A DNA stretch of 64,000 nucleotides, from NCBI GenBank assembly GCA_965153455.1, contig OZ234493.1, positions 18,466,213-18,530,212 of the forward strand, in the 5' to 3' direction. The stretch comes from Sphagnum compactum. Lineage: Eukaryota. Below the pieces are notes generated by a model. That model worked only from the letters and a program-made list of their open reading frames with translations. It searched no databases and was not told the origin of the DNA. This document shows positions 12,744-24,100 of this stretch, one piece after another. How positions within the stretch are numbered: the first letter of the stretch is position 1; every line of letters begins with the position of its first letter. A program made the position numbers and the translations under genes.

Positions 12744-15089
12744 ATGGCTGTCAACACTGTTGCATCTCTGGACGTTGTTAGAGGCAGCCTCGCAGGCATC
12801 GTGGCTTACATCGACAACGTGGCGCACAACCCTGTCCCTGAAGGTCAAAGCTCTGGCGCTGAAGGGTCAAACTCTACTGAAGAGCAAAAGTCTGGCACTG
12901 AAGTGCAGAAATTCAATTGGAAGCCCGACGAGCAAAAATCTGAGTGGATCCGTAAACTCGAATTAGGACTCGACGCACCTGCTTGTTATGATGAAGGGGA
13001 TCGAGTTGTTGTACTGAAATTACCAGACTTCAAGCGCAAACCTGAGGAACATTACACTCCACAACAATGGCGATTCGGCCTCCACAACCGGGACCTTCAG
13101 ACCTCCACAACCGTGGCATCCACCACTGAATCAGAAGGTCTGAAAATAAGCGTAGCTGCAGCATGCAACCTGAAATCAGATCGAAGGGATAAAGTTTGTG
13201 ACAAAAAACAGGGCGAAGTTTCTGACAATCGACGGGACGAAGCTTGTGACAATGGATGGAACGAATTTTGTGACAACGTTGTGCATAATCTTGACAAGAT
13301 GGTGCTGAAATCATACGGTCTACACCCTAGTAATACAACTAATTTCAGCAAGAAGGAAGTGAAGTCTCTATTAACCTTGGATGCTTTTACATTACTTTTG
13401 GTACTAAGTTCTTTGCCTTCGCGTGATTCTCCTGAAGAGACATTATTAAAGAATTTCATACCGGGGTTGGAGACAGGACGTTTGAAAATTAGGGCCTTGT
13501 TGAAGTACGGAGTGGCGTACAACGCGCTATGGAATGACCTTTTCTTGTTCGAAAATCAAATTCCAATGGATTTGCTGACGAACGTCATTAGTGAATGTCA
13601 TTTACTGCCCAAGGGCCAGAACTCCTATTCAGATACTTTTCAGGAACTGAATAATCCGCAGCCATCTCTAAGAAAACAGTTTTTACGCAAGATTTTGAGG
13701 AATCTAGTACGTAAAATGTGCATTCAGATCTTTGAAAAGCCTTGCTCTGAAAAAGAAACACTTTTCGACTTAATTGATGCCAATTATCCTGTAGGCAGCT
13801 CAGAAGGCGGCTTAGAAGACTGTGCACACATCTTTGCTTGTGTTTACAAAATACTAACTACTGTTCATAGCAAGAAGGAGTCGTCTACTACAACCAAATC
13901 TCTTCCAGGTGTACACATCTTTGCTTTTGTTTACAAAATACTGACTACTTTTCATATCAAGAAGGAGTCGTCAACTGCAAACATATCTCTTCTACATGAA
14001 GGCAAGACCAAAGAGTCTGCAAGCGATCGGGAGCAACTTCCCCACGCTACAAGTTTTGGAAACTCTCCGACGGTACTCGACATTCGGGAAACTTCACCAA
14101 TCGATTTGGAGCAACCGGGCGATTGTGAGGTCCAAATGTCTAGAATCCCGGAGGCCGAGCATGATTTGGACCAACCGGGCGATTGTGAGGTCCAAATGTC
14201 TAGAATCCCGGAGGCCGAGCATGATTTGGAGCAACCGGGCGATTATGAGCTCCTAATGTCTAGAATCTTGGAGGCCGAGCATGATTTGGAGCAACCGGAC
14301 GATCGTCAGTCCCGAATATCTAGAATCCCGGAGTTTATTGCTCCTGAAGGCCGGGCGGTTTGTCAGTCCCGAATGTCTAGAATCCCGGAGTTTATTGCTC
14401 CTGAAGGCCGGGCGGTTCGTAAGTCCCGAATGTCTAGAATCCCGGAGTTTATTGCTCCTGAAAACTGTCCCCAAATCGGGACAGTGAAGAAGGAAAACCT
14501 GGGTGAAGAAACACTAGGATCTGCAACCGATTTGAAGAAAGCCGGCCTTCGCATCAAAGCGACCCGTGGAATGATTAAGGCAGTGGCTTTTAAAGATGGC
14601 TGCTTATCACTCCCATTCCTACAACTACATGACAACACGGAATCCTATTTTCGCAATCTGGCGATGTACGAAGCTTACGGTCATTATGGGGAGAATAGCT
14701 ATGCATTTTCAGATTACCTACAACTCATGTTGCAGCTGATCAAGACCAAAGAAGACGTCGCATATCTCATCGACGATTGCAAGGTGATTCGGAACTTCCT
14801 TATCACCCACGAGAACGCTTTTAAAATGTGGGAAAGGTTGCAAAGCGGAATAGACCTCGCTCCATATTCCGAAAGGTATAAAACTGAAATCGTGATCCGT
14901 GTGAATAAGGAGTGTGGATCCAAGCTAAATGTGATGAGAACTGAATTTTACAATACATTTTGTTCCAAACCATGGTTAGTGATAAGCGTCATCACAGGCG
15001 CCGTTTTGCTTCTCGCTACACTTATCCAAACTTACGTTTCTGTCATTGGTTCCGATAAAATGCAACCTCATTTTCCTCGGGGTGGTTAA
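12744..15089 (+). CDS. DUF247 family plant protein with C-terminal transmembrane helix and internal tandem repeats
   Basis: The ORF 12705-15089 (794 aa) is uninterrupted. DUF247 motifs occur in the expected order: YTPQQWRFGLHN, LLTLDAF, DLFLFENQIP, SATDLKKAGLRIK, FKDGCLSLPFLQLHDNTESYFRNLAMYE, and the C-terminal hydrophobic PWLVISVITGAVLLLATLIQTYVSV. The ATG at 12744 follows a likely 3' splice site (tgttgttacag|agATGG), so it is the more probable start than 12705. Confidence 0.92.
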   Translation: MAVNTVASLDVVRGSLAGIVAYIDNVAHNPVPEGQSSGAEGSNSTEEQKSGTEVQKFNWKPDEQKSEWIRKLELGLDAPACYDEGDRVVVLKLPDFKRKPEEHYTPQQWRFGLHNRDLQTSTTVASTTESEGLKISVAAACNLKSDRRDKVCDKKQGEVSDNRRDEACDNGWNEFCDNVVHNLDKMVLKSYGLHPSNTTNFSKKEVKSLLTLDAFTLLLVLSSLPSRDSPEETLLKNFIPGLETGRLKIRALLKYGVAYNALWNDLFLFENQIPMDLLTNVISECHLLPKGQNSYSDTFQELNNPQPSLRKQFLRKILRNLVRKMCIQIFEKPCSEKETLFDLIDANYPVGSSEGGLEDCAHIFACVYKILTTVHSKKESSTTTKSLPGVHIFAFVYKILTTFHIKKESSTANISLLHEGKTKESASDREQLPHATSFGNSPTVLDIRETSPIDLEQPGDCEVQMSRIPEAEHDLDQPGDCEVQMSRIPEAEHDLEQPGDYELLMSRILEAEHDLEQPDDRQSRISRIPEFIAPEGRAVCQSRMSRIPEFIAPEGRAVRKSRMSRIPEFIAPENCPQIGTVKKENLGEETLGSATDLKKAGLRIKATRGMIKAVAFKDGCLSLPFLQLHDNTESYFRNLAMYEAYGHYGENSYAFSDYLQLMLQLIKTKEDVAYLIDDCKVIRNFLITHENAFKMWERLQSGIDLAPYSERYKTEIVIRVNKECGSKLNVMRTEFYNTFCSKPWLVISVITGAVLLLATLIQTYVSVIGSDKMQPHFPRGG
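14103..14461 (+). repeat. In-frame coding tandem repeats (60-nt then 57-nt units) in the DUF247 gene
   Basis: About 3.8 copies of a 60-nt unit (DLEQPGDCEVQMSRIPEAEH) run into about 2.7 copies of a 57-nt unit (SRMSRIPEFIAPEGRAVCQ). Both units contain tctagaatcccggag. Confidence 0.95.
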
Positions 15090-16799
15090 AACCCGCGTTG
15101 GGAACTTGGGCATGTATGTTATTTATGGACAGATGTAGAGCATGGTACAAATAATGGTATTGAAGACCAGACCAGTAGAATCTATATATTAAGACAAGTG
15201 ATTGTTTTGTTTTGTGACCATACCTTAATCGCTCAAATTTGTGAGGCATGGTGCTGTATTTTTAGTACCATTGGAAAGTCTTCCATGATATGAGGGCAAT
15301 GTGTATGGTGATCATTTTGCAAATTGAACAAATGAAGCAAAAGTTATTGAATTAAGAGTAATTTTTGTAGTTGTAAATTTTTATTTTTTTAAAATTAAAA
15401 ATTTCAACCAACCAATTTCTCTTCAACATATCAGTCCTTATGTTTGCCCTTTCATCTCCCAAACCTTAACACTTGGGACCAATGAGTTCACAATTGGGTC
15501 ATTAATGTTTTTTCACGATTCAATTTTTTATAAAAGTCATTTCACTTAGACTCCAGTGGCATCTTGGTAGGCTTGTTTTTTTGTCTTTTGTTCAGTCAAA
15601 AGAGAGAGCCTATCACTAAAAATCATTATTAATCGTTGATTTGGAATACTGAAGGAATACTGCAACTGGTGCCAAATGATCTTTCAAAGACAACTCTTAA
15701 AGTCTGGAACAAGCAGATAGGTACAGGCTAGCTAGAGTGTTGGTCTTGTATTGACTTTTGAAAACATTACCCTATCTTAGTATTGAGTATTTTTGAATTT
15801 TTCATAACAGCCTTGTCCCAGTATTGTATCCTGTTTTCAACATAAAGAACTCCTGGACAGTCCTTTTACTTATTTGGGGAAAACTCGTCAAAAGGTAACA
15901 TGGTTTTCTGAAAACGAAATATTCTATCATTATTCTTGTTTTTAAATCACGTAAAATTTGATAGAAACTTGTTATTTGTCAAGAAAAAGAAATACTGTCG
16001 CCACTTAAGTCAAAATGCGCCTTGGGATGCTTGCCACCCTGGCTCCATCAGGAAATTGTTTTTAAACACACTGCTCCTGAAAGCCTGGTCCTGGTATTGG
16101 ATCATTTTCACCAGATAAAGCAGTCTGGAAATTTTGGTGGTGTCGTTGGAGGGCAACTGCTCAAGTGGAATCTGATGTCTAGTGAATGGGAATGCCTTCT
16201 GCATAGGAGAAGGTTTTCCTTCTGGTACCTTCCAGATTGTGAGGGCCCACCCAAGGTCAGTAGGCCGAGGGGTAGGTCCTGAAAATTCAGAAGGTACTGA
16301 AATGAAAACTTTTCCCTACGTAAAGATTTGATTGATTTTTTTTCCATTTAAATTTTTTTTAAATTTTGTTTTAGTCTTTTTTTTAAAATATGGAAAGCAG
16401 ACTAAACTAGGAGAGTAGATTACCATTTCAATGATTATTTCGACACTTTAATTTTTTCCCTTTGATTATTAGCCAAATAATCAAAATATATGAATTTTTT
16501 ATAGAAATTATGGCGATTTTCTTTATAAATTATTATGTTTTTGGAAGAACTTTTTAAATAATATTGTGTGTGAAAATTGCCTATAATGATAAATTTTTTT
16601 CTATAAGTTCAAATATTATAGTTTATTGCTAGATTTGGCTCTAGTTCCATTTTTATTTATTTTTAGTTCATTTGGCTTTATGTAGAGACCTCGGTTGAAG
16701 GCATTACCAGAAGCGGACCCATGTTAGTTTTTGCCTCATACAAAGAACTTTGGGTAATGCCCTCAACCTAGTGCCTTACTTAAATCTCTTTTTGAAAGT

Positions 16800-17590
16800 C
16801 TTGTGATACAATCGTATCTTCATTTACAAGCTTCTTTGACGTACCATAACACACTTCTAATTTATGTTTCCTTGGACATTCACATGAGCACATTTTCGAG
16901 CTTGTGTAGGTCCAATTGTGGGCGCTTGGTTATTAGTTCATCTTACCACACCTACATTCCATTTAATCCTAACTCATTTTTTTATTGTGAACTTATGTAC
17001 CTACCTTGGCTTGCCATACCTTATAATTGCAGACTTTTTACATTATCAATATTAACATAATATTGATAAATTGAGTATCCACTTGTTTGAATGCCCATGC
17101 AAGATGAGCACATTGCAACCCATAATATTTTTCGAGCTATCATCATAACTATTATTTTGGAGAATGGAACAAATGTATAGAAAAAAGTTTTTTACCTTTT
17201 CCACTATCATGTTCAATGATGAATCAATATTAATATCATTAGAAATGGTTTTGAACCTTAATTGATCTCATCATAACTAATCTAACCCACATGAATATGG
17301 TATAACATGCATGGTCTATGACAACACATAAAGCAATAGTTGTTGTTTAAGAAAAAACATGGTCATATGCAAATCAGAATCGAAAAACAACTTCATTCCC
17401 CTTGCCATAGAGATTTATAATTGTTTTAATTCTTGTTTTGACTCCTTTTTCACTACTTGTGCTCATGCCAGTATAGCCTATCATCAACAATCCTCTTTAA
17501 TTCTCATGATGTTATCGATAACATGTGTCCATATCCCTCTAGCATGTGTAAGCCATTACAAATTTTCAACTATAAGGTTATTGTAAAGAA
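16800..17590 (+). mobile_element. Degenerate 3' part of a non-LTR retrotransposon with restriction-like endonuclease (CRE-like)
   Basis: Broken frames give AHFRACVGPIVGAWLLVHLTTPTFHL (from 16888) and NFIPLAIEIYNCFNSCFDSFFTTCA (17359 ORF). These match the GAWL...P and F.P...E..G motifs of RLE-type elements. Many stops and frameshifts. Confidence 0.65.
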
Positions 17591-19590
17591 AATACATTTG
17601 ACTATATAAAACAACAACAAGAGATTTTATGGTACTTTAAATCATTTACCAACCAAAATGGAACACAAGAATGAAACAAATGGTAGTATATTAAAGTTAT
17701 CCATAAAGTCACACCCACTTCAGTCCCTAGCCCATCCCCTTACTAATTTTCACCCTCTAAAATCCGCTCCGAGTAAAATTCCCTGAGATTGGGGATGGAA
17801 TTCAAAAACTGGGGATGTTAGCCCAAAGATAAGGGATGGGATCAGTTTGACTTTTTTTTTGTAAATTTAAAAGCTAGGGCACATTTGGGGTTATGGTGGG
17901 CAATTTTTCAAACTTTTTAAAAAGTTGCATGCAAGTTTGGGCAAATTTTTAAAAAATAATTTTAGCTTTTTCCAGTTTAGGCGAATTTTGGGCAGCTATT
18001 TGGGTGAATTTTTTTCACTTTTGTTTTGTTTCAGGCAGATACATGGGAGATTTTTGGCCTTTTACACTTTGGTGTTCCAAGCATATTTAGAAGTTTTTTT
18101 AGAAATATGATTCTCCCATTTTTTTGGGTTTGGACATGCTAACTTAAGAGGGCATCGTTGAAGGCTTTCCTTGAAAGGTTTTAGGGGCACATTGGAGGGA
18201 TCATTATGGACTTTTTTAAAAGACCTTAAGCATAATCACTCATGTCATTTGTGAGAATTGATCTTTGAAACTCAAAGATGAAAATCAATTCCTTTTCTAC
18301 CAATCCACCCCACTTGTTGTGACAAAATAATTGTGTGCATTTTGTTTACCATGTTTCATTTAATACATTATATGAAACATCATTTTTGATATTTGATATC
18401 TTCTTAAGATTTTGTTCAAGTGACAAAATCAACATTTAATCTTGAATTTCTTTCAATAATGTACACAAACATATTTGTTTCCTTTTAGAAATATAAATTA
18501 ATTTGAAAAAAAAAACCTGATTTTCTTTATTGAATACCATTTCAATTATCAATCTTTGGAAATAAATAAATTCAACCACATGATTTATAAATAAATAAAA
18601 ATATATCTTTCATATCATAAACCTTCATTTGATTTTAAAATAATATTGTACAATTTTTCTTTTGATATATCATCATTTTACCAATAGAATTTAAATTGGA
18701 TGTGTGATATATAATTAAATCACATATAGTATTTAAAAATGGATCAAAACTGAATTATAATATAAATATAATATAATTTCTTGTATTAACCATATTATTT
18801 CTAATGTAAAACATTAATCTAGATAATCAATTTTGATTTTTCGATAATAATTAATTCCATATAATTAATTGATTTTATGGAACTATAAATTTTATTACAT
18901 TTACATGTATAATATCTTAAGTTTTAAATCGTGATAAGACTTGAATGTAAAAATAAATTATATATTTTCATATCTCAATCGTCTATTTGATTTTTAAAAT
19001 TACATTGTACACTTTTTCTTATAATATATCGTAATTGTACCAAAAAAATGTAATTTAAATGTATGATATATAATCTATTCATTATACAATGTTTATAAAT
19101 GGATCCTAAATTATTCCTACTACCTTTTACATAACTTACTTAATTAAATAATTAATAAAAAATAATTATCACATATCAACATGATAAAATACCTATTATT
19201 AGCCCACAAACATATTAGGTACTATTTACTACCTTAGAATTTTTCAATTGATTAATTACCTAGTCTAGTTAATTAATTAAACATGACATTATTCATTCAA
19301 CACAATAAAGTACCAACCATTGATGAATTTACTTAAATTTTACTTAATTAATTAACTAATTAAAAAACATTATGGCATATCAACATGATAAAATATCTAC
19401 TACTAAGCCACATACATATAACCTACTACCTAGTTATATTTATTACTTGTTGCTTACTACCATATATTTACATGACTAGTTGAAAAAATAATTATGTTTT
19501 CATCTATTGATGGATGCCTTAATAAATGGATGAAAGTGTAGTCACATTAACACCATAGAAAATGTAACCAATTTTTGGTTTTGTGTATTT

Positions 19591-20186
19591 GGGTGCAAGC
19601 AAGGTAAAGTAGACGACTCACTACTCTTTGTCAAAAAAATTACATGTAGCCATGAAAATATTTTAACGTGTTGAAAGTAGAATTTTTTGGGTACAATAAT
19701 TAACATGATGATAATCTTTCATTTTATATTTACAATGTTGAAAAACCCCATCTTGAAAGTAAAATCAAGTAGAATAAAAAAATTCTACTTGCATAAAATG
19801 TTTGGTCTTACAAAAACGTGCTACATAGAGATGAAATATTGATTTTTTAAAATTTTCAACTTCGTGGAGCCCTAAAAAATACTTATGTATTATCAAATTA
19901 TAAATTTTATAATCATAATATATCAATTTTTTAACATGAAGTAGATTTGAACACCATTTTGACCCAGTTAGTTTCAAACGAACTTTCAACTTACTTTTAT
20001 CATACCAAAGTTGTTCAAACATTGTTTTCAACTTCCCATAAACTAAATGTAGGGCCTTACAATTTTATATTTCTATTTCAAAATATTTTGAATCTACTTT
20101 TTTGTGTCCATATAAGAAACTATTCCATTTTTTAATTGGATTTTGGGCAAAATACTTTTTTTGTCTACTTTACTTTGTTAACACCC
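19591..20186. mobile_element. Non-autonomous TIR element with 4-bp TSD (Sola-like), copy 1
   Basis: TIRs are GGGTGCAAGCAAGGTAAAGTAGAC and (reverse complement) GGGTGTTAACAAAGTAAAGTAGAC. ATTT flanks both ends. The interior aligns with 40747-41337. Confidence 0.7.
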
Positions 20187-20581
20187 ATTTAGCATTTTTT
20201 ATAAAAAAATAATGAATAAATTATTCAAATTTATGATGAATAAATTTGAAGATTTATTGATCACATAGTAATCACATAAATTTGAAGATAGTTCATCGAA
20301 TCTTCATAGATTTTGGATAAATCTTCAAATTTTTCAAAAAATAAAGAACTCCATAGTTCTTGAACTCCATATAATTGTTTATACATAATGTTATTTTCAA
20401 GTATTGATGTATATATTCTAATAGTTTGAAATCAATGAATGAAAAATACCCAAAAACACTTTGAAAGCATCGTAACTAGTGTTTTTAAGCAATAAAAAGG
20501 ACTTGTAAGTGAATATGAATTTTTTTGAAAATGATATTTTCTTTTTAAATTTTTTTTTAAACCATAACATAATTTAGTGGG

Positions 20582-21195
20582 ATGAAAATTTTCAAGATTT
20601 TTCAAGATTTTTTTGAAAACTTTATTGTTCAAACCTATGGAGGAAATCTTTTTAAAACTAATCGCCATTTAGTTCTTTTAGATGGCCACAATTCTCATGC
20701 TACATTAGAAGTTGTGCACAAGGCAAGGAATGTGGTCTTGGATTTCATTACTTTATCATCTCACATGAGCCATGCCTTACATCCACTTGATGTTGCTTGC
20801 TTTAAACCTTTCAAAATTGCCTTTAAGGTTTATAGGGATGTTTGGACTTTGGCTAACAAAGTTAAAATGGTTAGAAAGGAGGACCTAACTTAGTGGGTGT
20901 TTTTAATTTTCAAGAAGAGATTAACAAATCAAACATATGTAAAGGCTTCAAGACTATTAGGATTTGGCCTTTAAACCTAGCTACAATAGAACACAAGATG
21001 CAACCTAGCATACAATTTATGGAAACAACAGTGCTTGAACATGAAGTCATGGACTTCCAAGTTGAAAAAATAGTAGGTGAATGCACCAGTAGCCTTAAGC
21101 CCAATGCTTGCCATTTTAATATGTGGAAATTGATAGATAATGTGTTACACTTGAATAAAAAGATACCACTAATGTGGGTTAGTGAGATGACTTAA
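20582..21195 (+). mobile_element. Pogo/CENP-B-like (DDE_1) transposase relic
   Basis: RHLVLLDGHNSHATLEVVHKARNVVLDFITLSSHMSHALHPLDVACFKPFK matches the DDE_1 pattern LLLDGH.SH...LP.H.SH.LQPLD...F.P.K. It continues after a break as SNICKGFKTIRIWPLN. The N-terminus is missing. Confidence 0.88.
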
Positions 21196-24100
21196 TGAGT
21201 TCCCAAGCTATGGGTCTTGATGATGAATTTGTAAGCTTGCAAACCTAAGGGCATGGCCTACAAGAAGGTGCCACTAATGTAGGTTAGTACGATGATCTAA
21301 AAAGTTCCCAAACAATGGGTCTTGGTAATGATCCTTTAGGCGCAAAAGCCTTGGGGCATGATCTTATGTCTTCAATGCATAAATTGGTCCTACCAACCTA
21401 GTTGCAATGGGTTTTAGCAATCACAAAATGATGGGTCTTAGCAATTATGCAACAATGGGTTTTAGTTGTAGTTGTGTGATAATGATTGTTGTTGTAATGG
21501 GTTCTACCCATTAGTCGTGTAACAATGACAATTATAGTGATTGATTTTAGCACCGATCACATGGCAATGATTACAATGGTGATGCATTCTAACAACAATC
21601 GTGTTGCAATGGTTATTAGGTGATGGGTTTTCACTATGGTACAAGAATAGGTCCCAATAGTGCCATAAGTTGTTTCCTAATTTTTCAAGCTTTTACCTAG
21701 GTCTATTCATCAATTTGTGGAAGAGTCATTCATAAGTTTTCAAAATCTATAGTGATCACTTTTAATCACTACATTTGTGCAATTGAACAAATTTTAGCAT
21801 GGAAGCAAATAACAACTAGAAAGAGGGAACATCAAAAGGAATTAGCTGTGTTAAAAAAAGAAAAAATTGTAGAGAAAACAAAAAAAAAAACATCCAAAAT
21901 ACCAAAGGTCAATGAAAGTGCCTAGAAGAAAACTTTTTATAATACATGGTCCACCAAGCATTGTGTTGAGCAAGGTGAGGCACTACTTCCTCAATTTATG
22001 TTAATCTACTTTTACATGTCAATGCCTATTGAACCCCATTCCGTGGGGATTATTCCTAAAGTTTTGTCAATATAATATGATGCAAACAATTGTGAAATGA
22101 AATTGTTAAGGGTAGATATTATCCATAGGCTAATTAATACCATGGGGACACCCTAATAACTAGTTGGTTACTTTAAATGGTAGATTTACCATCCTTAAAC
22201 AAAGGATGAAGCTCATGGGGTTGGTTAATTGAATGGTTGGTGATAATCCATTAATCATAATATAGTGGATTTTTAGGAAGGATTAGGATAACGATCACCT
22301 AGTTTCATAGGAAGGATATGGGCCTTGTGTGGTTTTGAAAAGAAAGGGGATCAGAAAGATGGAAAGAGGATTGTGGATCATTCCATTGTATTATAGTTTG
22401 GAGTTTTTATTATGAGATGACTTTATTGTGAAAAAGGTGTGTGTAACATTAGGGAGTGGAGGAAAATATGGAATCAAGTTGTATTTTGATTCATGCAATG
22501 GAAAATAGTTGATGGATTTCCAATTATCTTGTTGGTGTTTACTTGCACTAAAATATAACAAAATGTTAAAGAAAGTGGTTCATATTATAATTATTTAAAT
22601 GTTTGTTGTACTTTCACAATAGTTCTATGTTTCTTTTTTTTAAATGATAGGATATGTATTATTTTTTTAACTTTTGGAGTTGGACGTATCTTGTTGCCAC
22701 ATGACGGTAGTTGCTCGAAAATGGTAATAGAAATGAGGTAGGCTTGAAAGTTGAAGTCTACAGGGTAAAAGAGGTCATTACATATGGTAGGCAATAGCCA
22801 CAAAAGGTATGTAAGTGCTGCAAATGGTAGGAAACAATCATAGAGGGATTGTAGGTAATGCAAACAATAGAAGAACACCATAGAAGATTTGCATGCATTG
22901 TAAATGGGAAATAGTAGATGTTAGAGACCTATATCCCCATTAAACTTGATTATCCATTTTTGAAGGTATTTTAAAAGGTTTGGAAGGTAGCTAATTTCGA
23001 ACCCCCTTTATCTTGTTCTTATGTTACATTCCTTTGCTATAGGTCTCACTGGCTAGATTAGTGATATGTCCAGATGGTAGGACTATCTTCAAAAGACATG
23101 TCATTACCTTCTATATGAAATGTTATGTGATTACTATTTAAGTTGTAGTAAAACATTAGAAGAATTCATGTTCTATGCAACCTCTTGTTAAAAGCCTAGT
23201 GATCTTCAACAACTAATTAAACAACTATGAACCATATTTTCAACTATCTAGCTTATGTGTAGTTGCAATCTAGTGGTTATTACAACTAATGGATTAATGG
23301 AATGATTGTTTAACATAATGTGGGCATGTATTCAATTTTATATATTGTCAAGCTAAAGAAGTAAACTTGTTAAAGTGACTAACCAACAATAGTAATTATG
23401 ACATTATGATATTGCATATGATATTAAAAGGATTTGGTATTTTATGTAAGTACCTATTAAACAAATTATAATATTTTTAAAAAATCTATGAAAATGTGGA
23501 AAATAAATGTTTATCATTTTACATTTAACATGTGTAATTTTGCCACATGGTGTAAATATGTAATCAAATTAACATAATTGTAATCATTATTTAATTGTAT
23601 ATTATGAATTCTATCCAAAATGTAAATAATAATTGACATGATACTTCATAAATATATTTTAACATGTACATTTATAAAGTTTTTCAAAAGTCATTTTGTA
23701 ATGACAAAAGTCATATATGCATTACAAGAAAACACATGTATATAAAATTCAAATGAAATCATTTTTCAGGGATTTATAAAAATGTTATATTTTAGTTTGT
23801 TATTTCTACAAATGACATGCATACATGTATAAAGGTTTAATCAATGATAATCAATTTTTAAAAAATAAAATAAAATCATGTGATATTTATGTATATGTTT
23901 ATAGTTAAACATTTGCATTGAAATTTTTAAAATAAATATCTTAAATTGATATAATATATTTACATTTAAAAATTTGAAAAATAAATTTTTATAGAAGTAT
24001 TGAATTAAAACCATGAATTAAATTTAACTCAAAATTTTAATTTTAATTTTAATTTAATTTATAACTAAAATCAGAATTTTAAAACATTAAATTTGAATAT

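Noticed and set aside
14103..14461. Repeat array as a possible CRISPR or non-coding element
   Set aside because: The periods are 60 and 57 nt, in frame within the DUF247 ORF, with no spacers.
12730..14923. Alternate-frame and antisense ORFs overlapping DUF247
   Set aside because: They are shadow ORFs of a relatively GC-rich, repetitive CDS with no independent motifs.
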